DNA of 64,000 nucleotides, taken from Casimicrobiaceae bacterium. GTDB taxonomy: Bacteria; Pseudomonadota; Gammaproteobacteria; Burkholderiales; Casimicrobiaceae. The first letter of the stretch is position 1, and every line of letters starts with the position of its first letter. Where the stretch lies: contig DASTGT010000055.1 in the NCBI GenBank assembly GCA_035718935.1, forward strand, positions 11,784 to 75,783, written 5' to 3'. This document shows positions 9,493-17,764 of the stretch, in pieces. Under the pieces are notes generated by a model, which was given only the letters and a program-made list of their open reading frames with translations, did not search any database and was not told the origin of the DNA. The translations under genes were made by a program, and so were the position numbers.

Positions 9493-10509
9493 GTGGCAGA
9501 CCGACGCGCCGAAGCTCGGCAGATCCTGAACGAGGCGATCGTCATCGACGCGCTCGGGGGCGCCGTCGTCCACCCGACGCCGCATGTCACGAACGGGACC
9601 TACGAGGCCAATCTCGTTCGCGATGGCTGGACGGCGCTCCACGCGACGCTCGTGTCCGAGCCGTCGTACACGCCGACTTGGGAGCAGGTCCAGCGTGCGA
9701 TCTACGAGAATCTGCTTCATTTCGCGATGAATCCCGGCTTGCGACACGTCGAGCGCGTCGACGACCTTCGCGCGGCCAAGCGCGATGGGCAACTCGGCGT
9801 GATCCTCGGGCTGCAGAGCCCGAGTTGCATCGAAGGGGAGCGCGAGCGGTTGCGGCTGTTGCACAAGCTCGGCCTGCGTTCGCTGCAGCTTACGTACATG
9901 GAACGTAACCGGCTCGGCGACGGCTGCCTCGAACCCGAGAACCGCGGCCTCACCCACTTCGGAATGCAGGTGATCCGCGAGTGCAATCGTCTGGGCATCG
10001 TCGTCGATTGCTCGCACGTGGGGGTGCGCACCACGCTCGATGCGGCGCAAGCGTCCCGGCAGCCCATCGTCATCTCGCACACGGCGGTTCGCGCGCTCAC
10101 CGACAATCCGCGGTGCGTCACCGACGAGCAGATGAAGGCGGTCGCAGCGACCGGCGGCGTGGTGGGCATCACGGCGTACGCGCCGTTCATTCGGTACGAC
10201 CGACGCCCGACGCTCGACGACTACGTCGATCATTTCGACTACGTGGCCGACCTTCTCGGCATCGATCACGTCGGCTTCGCCACCGATTGGTTCGATGGCA
10301 AGACGAAGACCAACTGGGCGACGCCGTGGTACTACCCGGAGGTCACGCGCGGCACGGCATACGGCGCGCTCGGGTTGGAAGGCTTCGCCGCGCGTGCGGA
10401 CCTGCCGAATCTCGTCGCCAAGCTGCTCGAGCGCGGGCGCAGCGCGGCCGACATCGCGAAGATCCTCGGCGGCAACTACCTGCGCGTTCTCCAAGCGGTA
10501 TGGCAATGA
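9493..10509 (+). CDS. Membrane dipeptidase (peptidase M19)-like amidohydrolase
   Basis: LQLTYMERN, GLTHFG, DCSHVG, ISHT, GIDHVGFATD, KILGGNYLRV. GGAG RBS before GTG 9493. Confidence 0.85.
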   Translation: MADRRAEARQILNEAIVIDALGGAVVHPTPHVTNGTYEANLVRDGWTALHATLVSEPSYTPTWEQVQRAIYENLLHFAMNPGLRHVERVDDLRAAKRDGQLGVILGLQSPSCIEGERERLRLLHKLGLRSLQLTYMERNRLGDGCLEPENRGLTHFGMQVIRECNRLGIVVDCSHVGVRTTLDAAQASRQPIVISHTAVRALTDNPRCVTDEQMKAVAATGGVVGITAYAPFIRYDRRPTLDDYVDHFDYVADLLGIDHVGFATDWFDGKTKTNWATPWYYPEVTRGTAYGALGLEGFAARADLPNLVAKLLERGRSAADIAKILGGNYLRVLQAVWQ

Positions 10510-10573
10510 GCGCCAAGCCTTGCGCGCGGCGCTATCTGGCATGCGCATGCGACGGCACCGCGGTTCGATCGGT

Positions 10574-10586
10574 TAGAATGCGCGCG
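10574..10586 (+). promoter_or_regulatory. -10 element plus GC-rich discriminator of the tRNA-Val promoter
   Basis: TAGAAT-GCGCGCG just upstream of the tRNA; same layout as upstream of tRNA-Pro. Confidence 0.55.
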
Positions 10587-10594
10587 TATTCGGC

Positions 10595-10671
10595 AGGCGC
10601 GTAGCTCAGCTGGTTAGAGCACCACCTTGACATGGTGGGGGTCGTTGGTTCGAGTCCAATCGCGCCTACCA
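10595..10671 (+). tRNA. tRNA-Val (GAC)
   Basis: 77-nt cloverleaf: AGGCGCG/CGCGCCT acceptor stem, CCACC-TTGACAT-GGTGG anticodon arm, GGTTCGAGTCC, encoded CCA. Confidence 0.97.
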
Positions 10672-10760
10672 ACCGTCCTTTCCGCCCGGCAACCGGCCGG
10701 GCGTGTCGTTTCCGCTCCCGCTCGCTTTCAGGCTGATCCATCCCATCGCGGGCGGCGCGC

Positions 10761-10814
10761 TTGACATGCAACCTAAAGGTTGCCTATACTGCAAATAGGT
10801 AACCAACTGGTTGC
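10761..10814 (+). promoter_or_regulatory. Sigma70 promoter with two ArsR-type palindromic operators
   Basis: TTGACA(10761)-18 nt-TATACT(10785); GCAACC-N4-GGTTGC (10768-10783) and GTAACC-N4-GGTTGC (10799-10814). Confidence 0.8.
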
Positions 10815-10824
10815 CTTTCCCCCG

Positions 10825-11148
10825 ATGGACGACGACGCCGTCTTTCACGCCCTCGCCGACGCCAGCCGGCGGCTGCTCCTCGACCGGCTCCGCCGGAAAA
10901 ACGGGCAGACGCTCGGTGATCTCTGTGCGGGGCTCGACATGACGCGGCAGGCGGTCGCCAAGCACCTGTCCATCCTCGAAGAAGCGAATCTCGTGGCGAC
11001 GAAGCGCCACGGCCGCGAGAAGCTTCACTTCATCAACGTCGTGCCCATCAACGAGATCGCCGAGCGGTGGATGGCGAAATTCGACAAGCCGCGGCTGCGC
11101 GCGCTCTCGAATTTGAAGCGGGCACTCGAAGGAGACGATCATGAGTAA
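10825..11148 (+). CDS. ArsR/SmtB-family regulator
   Basis: VFHALADASRRLLLDRL, MTRQAVAKHLSILEEANLV, GREKLH. Confidence 0.92.
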   Translation: MDDDAVFHALADASRRLLLDRLRRKNGQTLGDLCAGLDMTRQAVAKHLSILEEANLVATKRHGREKLHFINVVPINEIAERWMAKFDKPRLRALSNLKRALEGDDHE

Positions 11149-11596
11149 TGCGGCGAGCAGCAGCTTCGTCTACGTCACGTACATCCGCACCACCGCAGAA
11201 AAGTTGTGGTCGGCGCTCACGACGCCCGAATTCATGCGGCAGTACTGGTTCGACGCGTCGATCGCGACCGACTGGAAGCCCGGCGGCGCGTGGCAATTGA
11301 AGTTCGCCGATGGACGCCTTGCCGATTCGGGCACGATCGTCGAGATCGAGAAACCGAAGCGCCTGGTGCTCGAATGGCGCAACGAGTGGAGCCGGGAAAT
11401 CAAGGCCGAGGGCTACTCGCGCTGCACCATGGAGATCGAGCCGGTCGACGGGGCGGTGAAGCTCACGGTGACGCATTCGATGGAGCGGCCGGAATCGAAG
11501 CTGATCGGCGCCGTGTCGGGCGGCTGGCCGAAGATCCTGTCCAATCTCAAGTCGCTGCTCGAAACGGGCGCGGTCGCACTAAAGTCCAAGACATAG
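11141..11596 (+). CDS. SRPBCC/AHSA1 domain protein
   Basis: FVYVTYIRTTAEKLWSALT, KLTVTH, GWPKILSNLKSLLETG; the usual ArsR partner. Confidence 0.9.
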   Translation: MSNAASSSFVYVTYIRTTAEKLWSALTTPEFMRQYWFDASIATDWKPGGAWQLKFADGRLADSGTIVEIEKPKRLVLEWRNEWSREIKAEGYSRCTMEIEPVDGAVKLTVTHSMERPESKLIGAVSGGWPKILSNLKSLLETGAVALKSKT

Positions 11597-11642
11597 CAAC
11601 ACGCGGAACGAGCGTCGCGGCTTCGCCATCGAAGCCGCGCGT

Positions 11643-12773
11643 CTACACGCCGCACCAGCGGCGGATGATCGACTCGTACGCGCCCACCGCCTCGCGGATG
11701 CGCCCGGCGTTGCAATACTCGTCGGTTTGATGCGCCATCTGCGGTTCGCCGGGACCGAGAATGACGGTGGGCGGATCGTCGTACGCGGGGCGCAGCGCCG
11801 CGGCGTCGGTGAAATACGACACGCCGCGCGCCTGCGGCGCTTCGCCGAGAATGGGCGTCATCACGTCGAACACGTCGGCGACCCACGGATCGGCAGGATC
11901 GGTGTGCACGCCACCGACGTCGAGAATCGTTTGGAGCTCGACGTCGCGACCCACGTGCGCACGGAGCCGCTCGAGAAGCACTGCATGGTCCTGGCCGGGA
12001 ATCGTGCGGATGTCGATGCCGATGCGCGCGAGATCGGGCACCGAATTGATGTTGAGGCCGCCGTGGAACGTGCCGACGTTGATCGTCGGTGCGCCGAGCA
12101 GCGGATGCGACGGCGTCGCGAAGTCGAAGCGCTCGAGCGCGAGCGCCGCGCGCGCTGCCTTGTACACCGCATTGTCGCCGCGCTCGGGCATCGAGCCATG
12201 TGCGGTGACGCCCTTCGCGCGCGCCTCGATCCAGAACGCGCCCTTGTGACCGACGAGCGGGTAGTTCGCCGTCGGCTCGGCGACGAGAATCGCGCCGGCG
12301 CGGCCGAGTGCGCCCTCCTGGCGCGCGAGGTGAAACGCGCCCTCGCAACCGGTCTCCTCGCCGCCGGTGATCACGAGCGTGAGCCCGGGCGTTCCGCCGA
12401 GGCGGTGACGCAACGCGAGCGCGGCGACGACGAACGCGGCGACGCCGCTCTTCATGTCGCTGGACCCGCGTCCGTACAGGCGGTCGCCGTCGATCTCGCC
12501 CGCGAACGGATCCTTCTGCCAGCGCGCACCGCCGAGCGGCACCGTGTCGATGTGGCCGGTGATGCAAAGCGGCGCCCTCTCCTCACGACCGCCGATCGAG
12601 GCGACGATGCACGCGCGCCGCTCGCCGTACGCGTGGTAGTCGACGCGGAAGCCTCCGTCGGCGAGACGATCGCCGAGATGCCGTGCGCACGCGGTCTCGT
12701 CGCCCGTCGGGTTGATCGTGTCGAAGCGCAAAAGCGCCTTCGTGAGCTCGATTGCATCGCGTTCCTGCAGCAT
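11643..12773 (-). CDS. M20 metallopeptidase (DapE/ArgE-like acyl-amino acid deacylase)
   Basis: GHIDTVP, GRGSSDMKSG, GEETG, AEPT, AHGSMP, FTDA, AHQTDEY. Confidence 0.92.
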   Translation of the reverse strand: MLQERDAIELTKALLRFDTINPTGDETACARHLGDRLADGGFRVDYHAYGERRACIVASIGGREERAPLCITGHIDTVPLGGARWQKDPFAGEIDGDRLYGRGSSDMKSGVAAFVVAALALRHRLGGTPGLTLVITGGEETGCEGAFHLARQEGALGRAGAILVAEPTANYPLVGHKGAFWIEARAKGVTAHGSMPERGDNAVYKAARAALALERFDFATPSHPLLGAPTINVGTFHGGLNINSVPDLARIGIDIRTIPGQDHAVLLERLRAHVGRDVELQTILDVGGVHTDPADPWVADVFDVMTPILGEAPQARGVSYFTDAAALRPAYDDPPTVILGPGEPQMAHQTDEYCNAGRIREAVGAYESIIRRWCGV

Positions 12774-12785
12774 CGTTTCTCTCCG

Positions 12786-13496
12786 CTAGCCGAAATACGC
12801 GCGGCGCACTTCCTCGTTGTCACGCAGCTGCGCAGCGCTCCCTTCCGCGACGACGCGCCCCTGCGATAGCACGTAGCCGCGATGCGCGATCGCGAGGGTC
12901 TGATGCGCATTCTGCTCGACGAGCAGCACGGTCACGCCCGCTTCGTTGACGCGCCTTATCACGTCGAAATTCTGCGCGACGAAGCGCGGCGACAGCCCGA
13001 GCGAAGGCTCGTCGATCAGCAACATGCGCGGCGCGGCCATCAGGCCGCGCCCGATCGACAACATCGCCTGCTCGCCGCCCGACATCGTGCCGGCGAGTTG
13101 CGCCACGCGCTCGCGCAGTCGCGGGAAGACCCGATACACGTCGTCGACTCGCTTGGCGATCGCCGCCTCGTCGCTCTCGCGATACGCGCCGAGGCGCAGG
13201 TTCTCCTCGGTGGTGAGCTTCGGAAAGACCTTGCGCCCTTCCGGGATGCACGCGATGCCGTGCGCGATCACGCGGTGCGTGGGCAGGCCGGTGATATCGG
13301 TCCCGTCGAACACGACGCGCCCGCTGCGCGGCGGCGTGAGGCCGAGGATCGAGCGCACGAGCGTCGTCTTGCCGGAGCCGTTCGAACCGAGGATGCAGGT
13401 GATCTCACCTGCGTTCGCCGCGATGTCGACGTCGACGAGCACGTCGGCGCGATCGTAGCCGACGCGCAATGCGCTGACTTCGAGCGCCGCGCTCAC
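12786..13496 (-). CDS. Liv-type ABC ATP-binding protein (LivF-like)
   Basis: GSNGSGKTT, MSGGEQ, DEPSLGL, VEQNA. GTG start at 13496. Confidence 0.92.
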   Translation of the reverse strand: MSAALEVSALRVGYDRADVLVDVDIAANAGEITCILGSNGSGKTTLVRSILGLTPPRSGRVVFDGTDITGLPTHRVIAHGIACIPEGRKVFPKLTTEENLRLGAYRESDEAAIAKRVDDVYRVFPRLRERVAQLAGTMSGGEQAMLSIGRGLMAAPRMLLIDEPSLGLSPRFVAQNFDVIRRVNEAGVTVLLVEQNAHQTLAIAHRGYVLSQGRVVAEGSAAQLRDNEEVRRAYFG

Positions 13497-13561
13497 CGGA
13501 CTACGCTCCCCGCTTCGCGTTTCGGGGCTGATTCGCGCTTGGGGCGGCCCTGCACGCTCAC
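13490..13561 (-). repeat. 65-bp palindromic insert flanked by 7-bp direct repeats, encoding a 22-codon bridging mini-ORF
   Basis: CGCTCAC at 13490-13496 and 13555-13561; hairpin CCCCG-N10-CGGGG (13508-13527); ORF 13561-13493 VSVQGRPKRESAPKREAGSVVR* overlaps both neighbours by GTGA. Confidence 0.7.
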
Positions 13562-14358
13562 GCCGCCACCTCCGTTCCGAGATACGCTTCCTGGACGCGC
13601 GCGTCCGAGGCGACGGAACGAAACGGGCCTTCCGCGATCTTCTCGCCATAGTTCAGCACGGCGCACCGCCTGGTCATCCGCTCGATCACGTTCATCTCGT
13701 GCTCGATGATGACGATCGTGAGCTCGGCGCGCGCCTCGCGCACCTGCAAGAGGTCGTCCATCAGCTCGCGGGTCTCGCCGCGCGTCATCCCGGCCGACGG
13801 CTCGTCGAGCAATAGCAGGCGCGGCGCACTGACGAGTGCGCGGCAGATCTCGATCCGCCGCCGGTCGATCATGTCGAGCGAATTCGCCGCGTCGAACAGA
13901 CGTGTCGCGAGGCGCCGGTTGAAGGTCGCCACGAGTGCGCGCGAAGTTTCGACGTTCGCCTCGAACTCGCGGCGCAGCGCGTCGCGCCGCACGACGTTGT
14001 ACGCGAGCCGGCGCCGCAGTCTCACGTGATTGCCGATCATCAGGTTGTCGAACACCGTGAGCGGCAGGCACAGCCGCGAGCGCTGGAAGGTGCGCGCTAT
14101 CCCCGCACGAAACACGTCCTGCGGCGCGAGGCCCGTGATGTCGCGGCAGGCGAATTCGACGCGCCCGGCGCGCGGACGATAAAGTCCGGTCAGCACGTTG
14201 AAGAACGTCGTCTTGCCCGATCCGTTCGGTCCGATCAGGCCGAGGATCTCGCCAGCCGCGACGTCGAGGTCGAGTGCGTCGAGCGCCGTCAGACCCCCGA
14301 ACGTCATCGTGAGCCCCCGACATGCGAGCAGCGGTGCGACGGCCTGCTCCGTGATCAT
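13558..14358 (-). CDS. Liv-type ABC ATP-binding protein (LivG-like)
   Basis: GPNGSGKTT, ARTFQ, DEPSAGM, IEHEM, EAYLG. Confidence 0.92.
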   Translation of the reverse strand: MITEQAVAPLLACRGLTMTFGGLTALDALDLDVAAGEILGLIGPNGSGKTTFFNVLTGLYRPRAGRVEFACRDITGLAPQDVFRAGIARTFQRSRLCLPLTVFDNLMIGNHVRLRRRLAYNVVRRDALRREFEANVETSRALVATFNRRLATRLFDAANSLDMIDRRRIEICRALVSAPRLLLLDEPSAGMTRGETRELMDDLLQVREARAELTIVIIEHEMNVIERMTRRCAVLNYGEKIAEGPFRSVASDARVQEAYLGTEVAA

Positions 14359-15491
14359 CCGGCGCTGCCCGGAAAGTATTCCCGAGCGCGGCGTGGCAGC
14401 AGCCCTTCGGGACGGAACAGCAGGATCGCGATCACCAGCACGCCGTAGAGCAGGAACCGATATTCCTGGATGAACTGCAGCTTCTGCGGCAAGACGATGA
14501 TGATCAGCGCGGCCGGCACGAGGCCGAGTGGATTGCCGAGGCCCCCGAGGATCACGATCGAGACGAGGATCAGCGACTCGCCGAACGTGAAGTTGTTCGG
14601 TGCGATGAACCCCTGCATCATCGCGTACACGGCGCCGGCGACGCCGCAGAGGAAGTTGCCGAGCGTGAACGCAAGGATCTTCGCGCGAGCGATGCCGATG
14701 CCGAACGTCGCCGCGGCGGTCTCGTCGAGGCGCACCGCGTCGAACGCAAGGCCGACCCACGAGCGCTCGACGCGCCGCGCGAACACGAACGCCCCGAGCG
14801 CGATCGCGAGCGACAGCAGCACGTAGTTCACGTAGAACGACGCGCCGGCGCCGCCGAGCGTGACGTCTCGGTTGAATCGCCAGCCGAAGAGATCGACGCC
14901 GGGAAGCTTCAGGCCCTGTGGGCCGCCGAGCGCGTTGTTGACTTCGAGAAACGTGCTGAACAGGATGCCGAAAGCGATCGTGACCAGCGCTGCGTAATAG
15001 CCGCGCGTGCGCAGCACCGGCAGGATCAGCAGCGACCCGACGAGCGCAGCGACGACGCCGCCGGAGACGATGCCGACGAGGTGCGGCACGTGCTGTGCGG
15101 CGAGCACCGCCGCCGTGTACGCGCCGGTGCCGAAGAACGCCGCGCCGGCGAAGTTGACGATGCCCGCGTAGCCGGTCTGGATGGTGAGACCGATGCACGG
15201 GACGATGAACAGCAGCACCGTGCAAAGCATGAGCAGCGGGTACGCCTGATCGCGCAGCGCCGCCGCGACGCCGAGGACGGCCAGTGCCGCGAGCGCGATG
15301 GCCACGCGGCGATGGCGTGCGAAGGCGTCGCGATGAACGCCGAGCGCGTGGACGCGCTGGGCGAGCACCAGCGCGATCCCGGCGACGATGAGCAGCACCG
15401 CGATCAGCCATACGCGGTCGGTCCAGAGGAACGCCCAGAGCCACGCGGCGCATGCGGCGATGCCGGTTACGACGACGATCAGCTTGCTCAT
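14355..15491 (-). CDS. Liv-type ABC permease (LivM-like)
   Basis: GYAGIVNFAGAAFFGTGAY, LRTRGYYAALVTIAFG, VILGGLGN, RPEGLLP. Confidence 0.9.
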   Translation of the reverse strand: MSKLIVVVTGIAACAAWLWAFLWTDRVWLIAVLLIVAGIALVLAQRVHALGVHRDAFARHRRVAIALAALAVLGVAAALRDQAYPLLMLCTVLLFIVPCIGLTIQTGYAGIVNFAGAAFFGTGAYTAAVLAAQHVPHLVGIVSGGVVAALVGSLLILPVLRTRGYYAALVTIAFGILFSTFLEVNNALGGPQGLKLPGVDLFGWRFNRDVTLGGAGASFYVNYVLLSLAIALGAFVFARRVERSWVGLAFDAVRLDETAAATFGIGIARAKILAFTLGNFLCGVAGAVYAMMQGFIAPNNFTFGESLILVSIVILGGLGNPLGLVPAALIIIVLPQKLQFIQEYRFLLYGVLVIAILLFRPEGLLPRRAREYFPGSAG

Positions 15492-16411
15492 ACGCGCTCG
15501 CTCGCCGGCTCGGCGATGAGGCCGGTCGGCTTCCACGTGATCAGCATGATCACCACGGCGAACGCGAACACGTTGTTGTACGCGCTCGACACCGGGAGCG
15601 CCACCGAGCCGATGGTCTGCAGCGCGGCGAACAGGAAGCCGCCGAGAATGGCGCCATAGATGCTCCCCAGCCCGCCCACGACGGCCGCGCTGAACCCGAT
15701 CACGCCGAGCAGCAGCCCGATGTCGAAGTTCACCTCGTTGTAGTAGAGGCCGTAGACGATGCCCGCGATGCCCGCGAGCGCCGAGCCGATCGCGAACGTG
15801 ACGAGGACGATGCCCTCGAAGTCGATGCCCATCACGCGCGCCGTCTCGCTGTCCTGCGCCACCGCGCGGATCGCAAGCCCCAGTCGGGTGCGGCGCACGA
15901 CCAGGTTGACGACGAGGATGGTCACGAGCCCGGTGACGAGCAGGATCGCGCTGTCGAGGCGCAGCGTGAAGTTGCCGAGGTTGACCGACGCCGCGGGCAA
16001 CAGCCGCGGGAAAGGCTGCGGGTTCGATCCGTTCGGGTAGAAGAGCCGCACGAGTTCGCGCAGCACCGAGCCCAGCATCAGCGTGACGAGGAGCGTGTTG
16101 AACGCCGGCGCGTTGCGCAACGGCAACACGAGATAGCGCGCGATGAATGCGCCGGCGAACGCCATCGCCAGTCCGGCCGCGCATGCGACGACGATCACGG
16201 CAAGCGCGGGAACGGAGAGGCCGAGCGCACCGAGGCCGAGGTACGTCGCGAGCCCGACGAACGCACCGGCCATGACCACGTCGCCGTGCGCGAACTGGAT
16301 GACGTCGAGCACGCCGAAGAACAGCGTGAAGCCGACGGCGACCATCGCGTAGATGACGCCGAGCATCAGGCCGTTGAACGCGTACTGCGCGAGGACGCCG
16401 GCGTCCATCAC
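15488..16411 (-). CDS. Liv-type ABC permease (LivH-like)
   Basis: NGLMLGVIYAMVAVGFTL, FAHGD, AIRAVAQD, VVGGLGS. Confidence 0.92.
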   Translation of the reverse strand: MMDAGVLAQYAFNGLMLGVIYAMVAVGFTLFFGVLDVIQFAHGDVVMAGAFVGLATYLGLGALGLSVPALAVIVVACAAGLAMAFAGAFIARYLVLPLRNAPAFNTLLVTLMLGSVLRELVRLFYPNGSNPQPFPRLLPAASVNLGNFTLRLDSAILLVTGLVTILVVNLVVRRTRLGLAIRAVAQDSETARVMGIDFEGIVLVTFAIGSALAGIAGIVYGLYYNEVNFDIGLLLGVIGFSAAVVGGLGSIYGAILGGFLFAALQTIGSVALPVSSAYNNVFAFAVVIMLITWKPTGLIAEPASERV

Positions 16412-16462
16412 GACGGCCTTCGGGTCACGCCGATGATCTCCCGCGTCGGCGTGCCTCGTTCG

Positions 16463-17632
16463 CTATTTCTGCCCCGCGAGCTTGCGCTTCCCGTTGGCGT
16501 AATCGCTGTCGGACCAGACGACCCACTTTCCGTCCTGCACGACGTAGGCGGTGACGATCGGCACCACGTTCTGGCCGTGCGCATCGAACGTGACCGGCCC
16601 GACGATCGATTCGTGATCCTTGGTCTTCGCGAGTTCGGCGGTTACCGCCTTGCGATCGGGACCGACCTTCTCGATCGTGTCCATGATCAGGTTCGCCGCG
16701 ACGAATGCATACGCGCCGTAGGCTTCGGGGGGCTCGGCGTACTTGTGCGCGGCGTATTGCTCGAGGAAGAATTTGCCGCCCGGAAGCTTCTCGATGGGCG
16801 CTCCGTCGATGAACGCGATCGTGCCTTCCGCGATCGGTCCGAGCGCCTGGATGTACGAGTCGGACACGATGCCCGACGTGCCTTCGAACTGCGACTTGAT
16901 GCCGAGCTTGTCCATTTGACTGCGCAAGCGGACGCCTATCGGCGTCAGCCCGCCGAAATAGACGACGTCGGGATTGAGCTCCTTCACCTTGGTGAGGATC
17001 GCCGTGAAGTCCTGCTGATCAGCGCCGACGCCGAAGTCGGCGAGGACCTTGCCGCCGTCCTGCGTCAGGTACTTCGTGAAGTACTCGTCGTGGCCCTTCC
17101 CGTAGTCCGTGGTGTCGTGGATGATCACCCAGGTCTTGTAACCCAGGCTCGTCACGAGCTTCGCGTTCTGCTCGTTCTGGTTGATCATCGTTCCGTTGAC
17201 GCGATGGATCTCGGGATAGTCGTTGCCGTAGGTGATCGCCGGCAGCACCGCACCCCAGACGATGACGGGCAGTCCGAACTTGTGATACGTGTCGACGGTG
17301 GCGATCGCGACCGCCGAGCAGTAGTGGGTGACGCCGGCGACGATGCCGTTGTCGGCGCCCGCCTTCGTGGCGACCTGCACGCCGATGTCCGGCTTGCACT
17401 GGTCGTCGAGCTTCACCATGTCGAACGTATATTTCGCCTTGGCGTCGGCGTTGTGAAGCTGTACGGCGAGATCCGCCGAGTTGCGGCCGCCGAGGCCGAG
17501 CGCGGCGTTGCCGCCGGAGAGCGGACCGATGAAGACGATCTTCACGGTCTCCTTCGCACCGACGACGACGGGTGCGATCGCGGCCGCGAAGCCCAGCACG
17601 AGCGTGCAGGCCGCGAGTAGGAAACGTTGCAT
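16463..17632 (-). CDS. Liv-type ABC substrate-binding protein
   Basis: Signal peptide MQRFLLAAC; IGPLSG, LDDQCKP, HYCS, DYGKG; GGAGGAG RBS. Confidence 0.92.
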   Translation of the reverse strand: MQRFLLAACTLVLGFAAAIAPVVVGAKETVKIVFIGPLSGGNAALGLGGRNSADLAVQLHNADAKAKYTFDMVKLDDQCKPDIGVQVATKAGADNGIVAGVTHYCSAVAIATVDTYHKFGLPVIVWGAVLPAITYGNDYPEIHRVNGTMINQNEQNAKLVTSLGYKTWVIIHDTTDYGKGHDEYFTKYLTQDGGKVLADFGVGADQQDFTAILTKVKELNPDVVYFGGLTPIGVRLRSQMDKLGIKSQFEGTSGIVSDSYIQALGPIAEGTIAFIDGAPIEKLPGGKFFLEQYAAHKYAEPPEAYGAYAFVAANLIMDTIEKVGPDRKAVTAELAKTKDHESIVGPVTFDAHGQNVVPIVTAYVVQDGKWVVWSDSDYANGKRKLAGQK

Positions 17633-17764
17633 GGCGACTCCTCCTTCACTGTTTTGTCGAATGCGTGACGCCGCAACGATCCGATGCCCGTCCCGCGACC
17701 GCCGCAACGCCGCGCGCTTTCGATTGTAGCCCCGGACAGCAGGGGCGAAGCTACGGAGACCGAG

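Noticed and set aside
16428-16454. Hairpin between livK and livH
   Set aside because: Ordinary post-binding-protein stem-loop typical of ABC operons.
15452-17620. Many long antisense or alternate-frame ORFs (for example 15452-17620, 23431-26163, 53577-55358, 58070-59731)
   Set aside because: Arg/Ala-rich shadow frames expected in high-GC DNA; they overlap well-supported genes and have no motifs.
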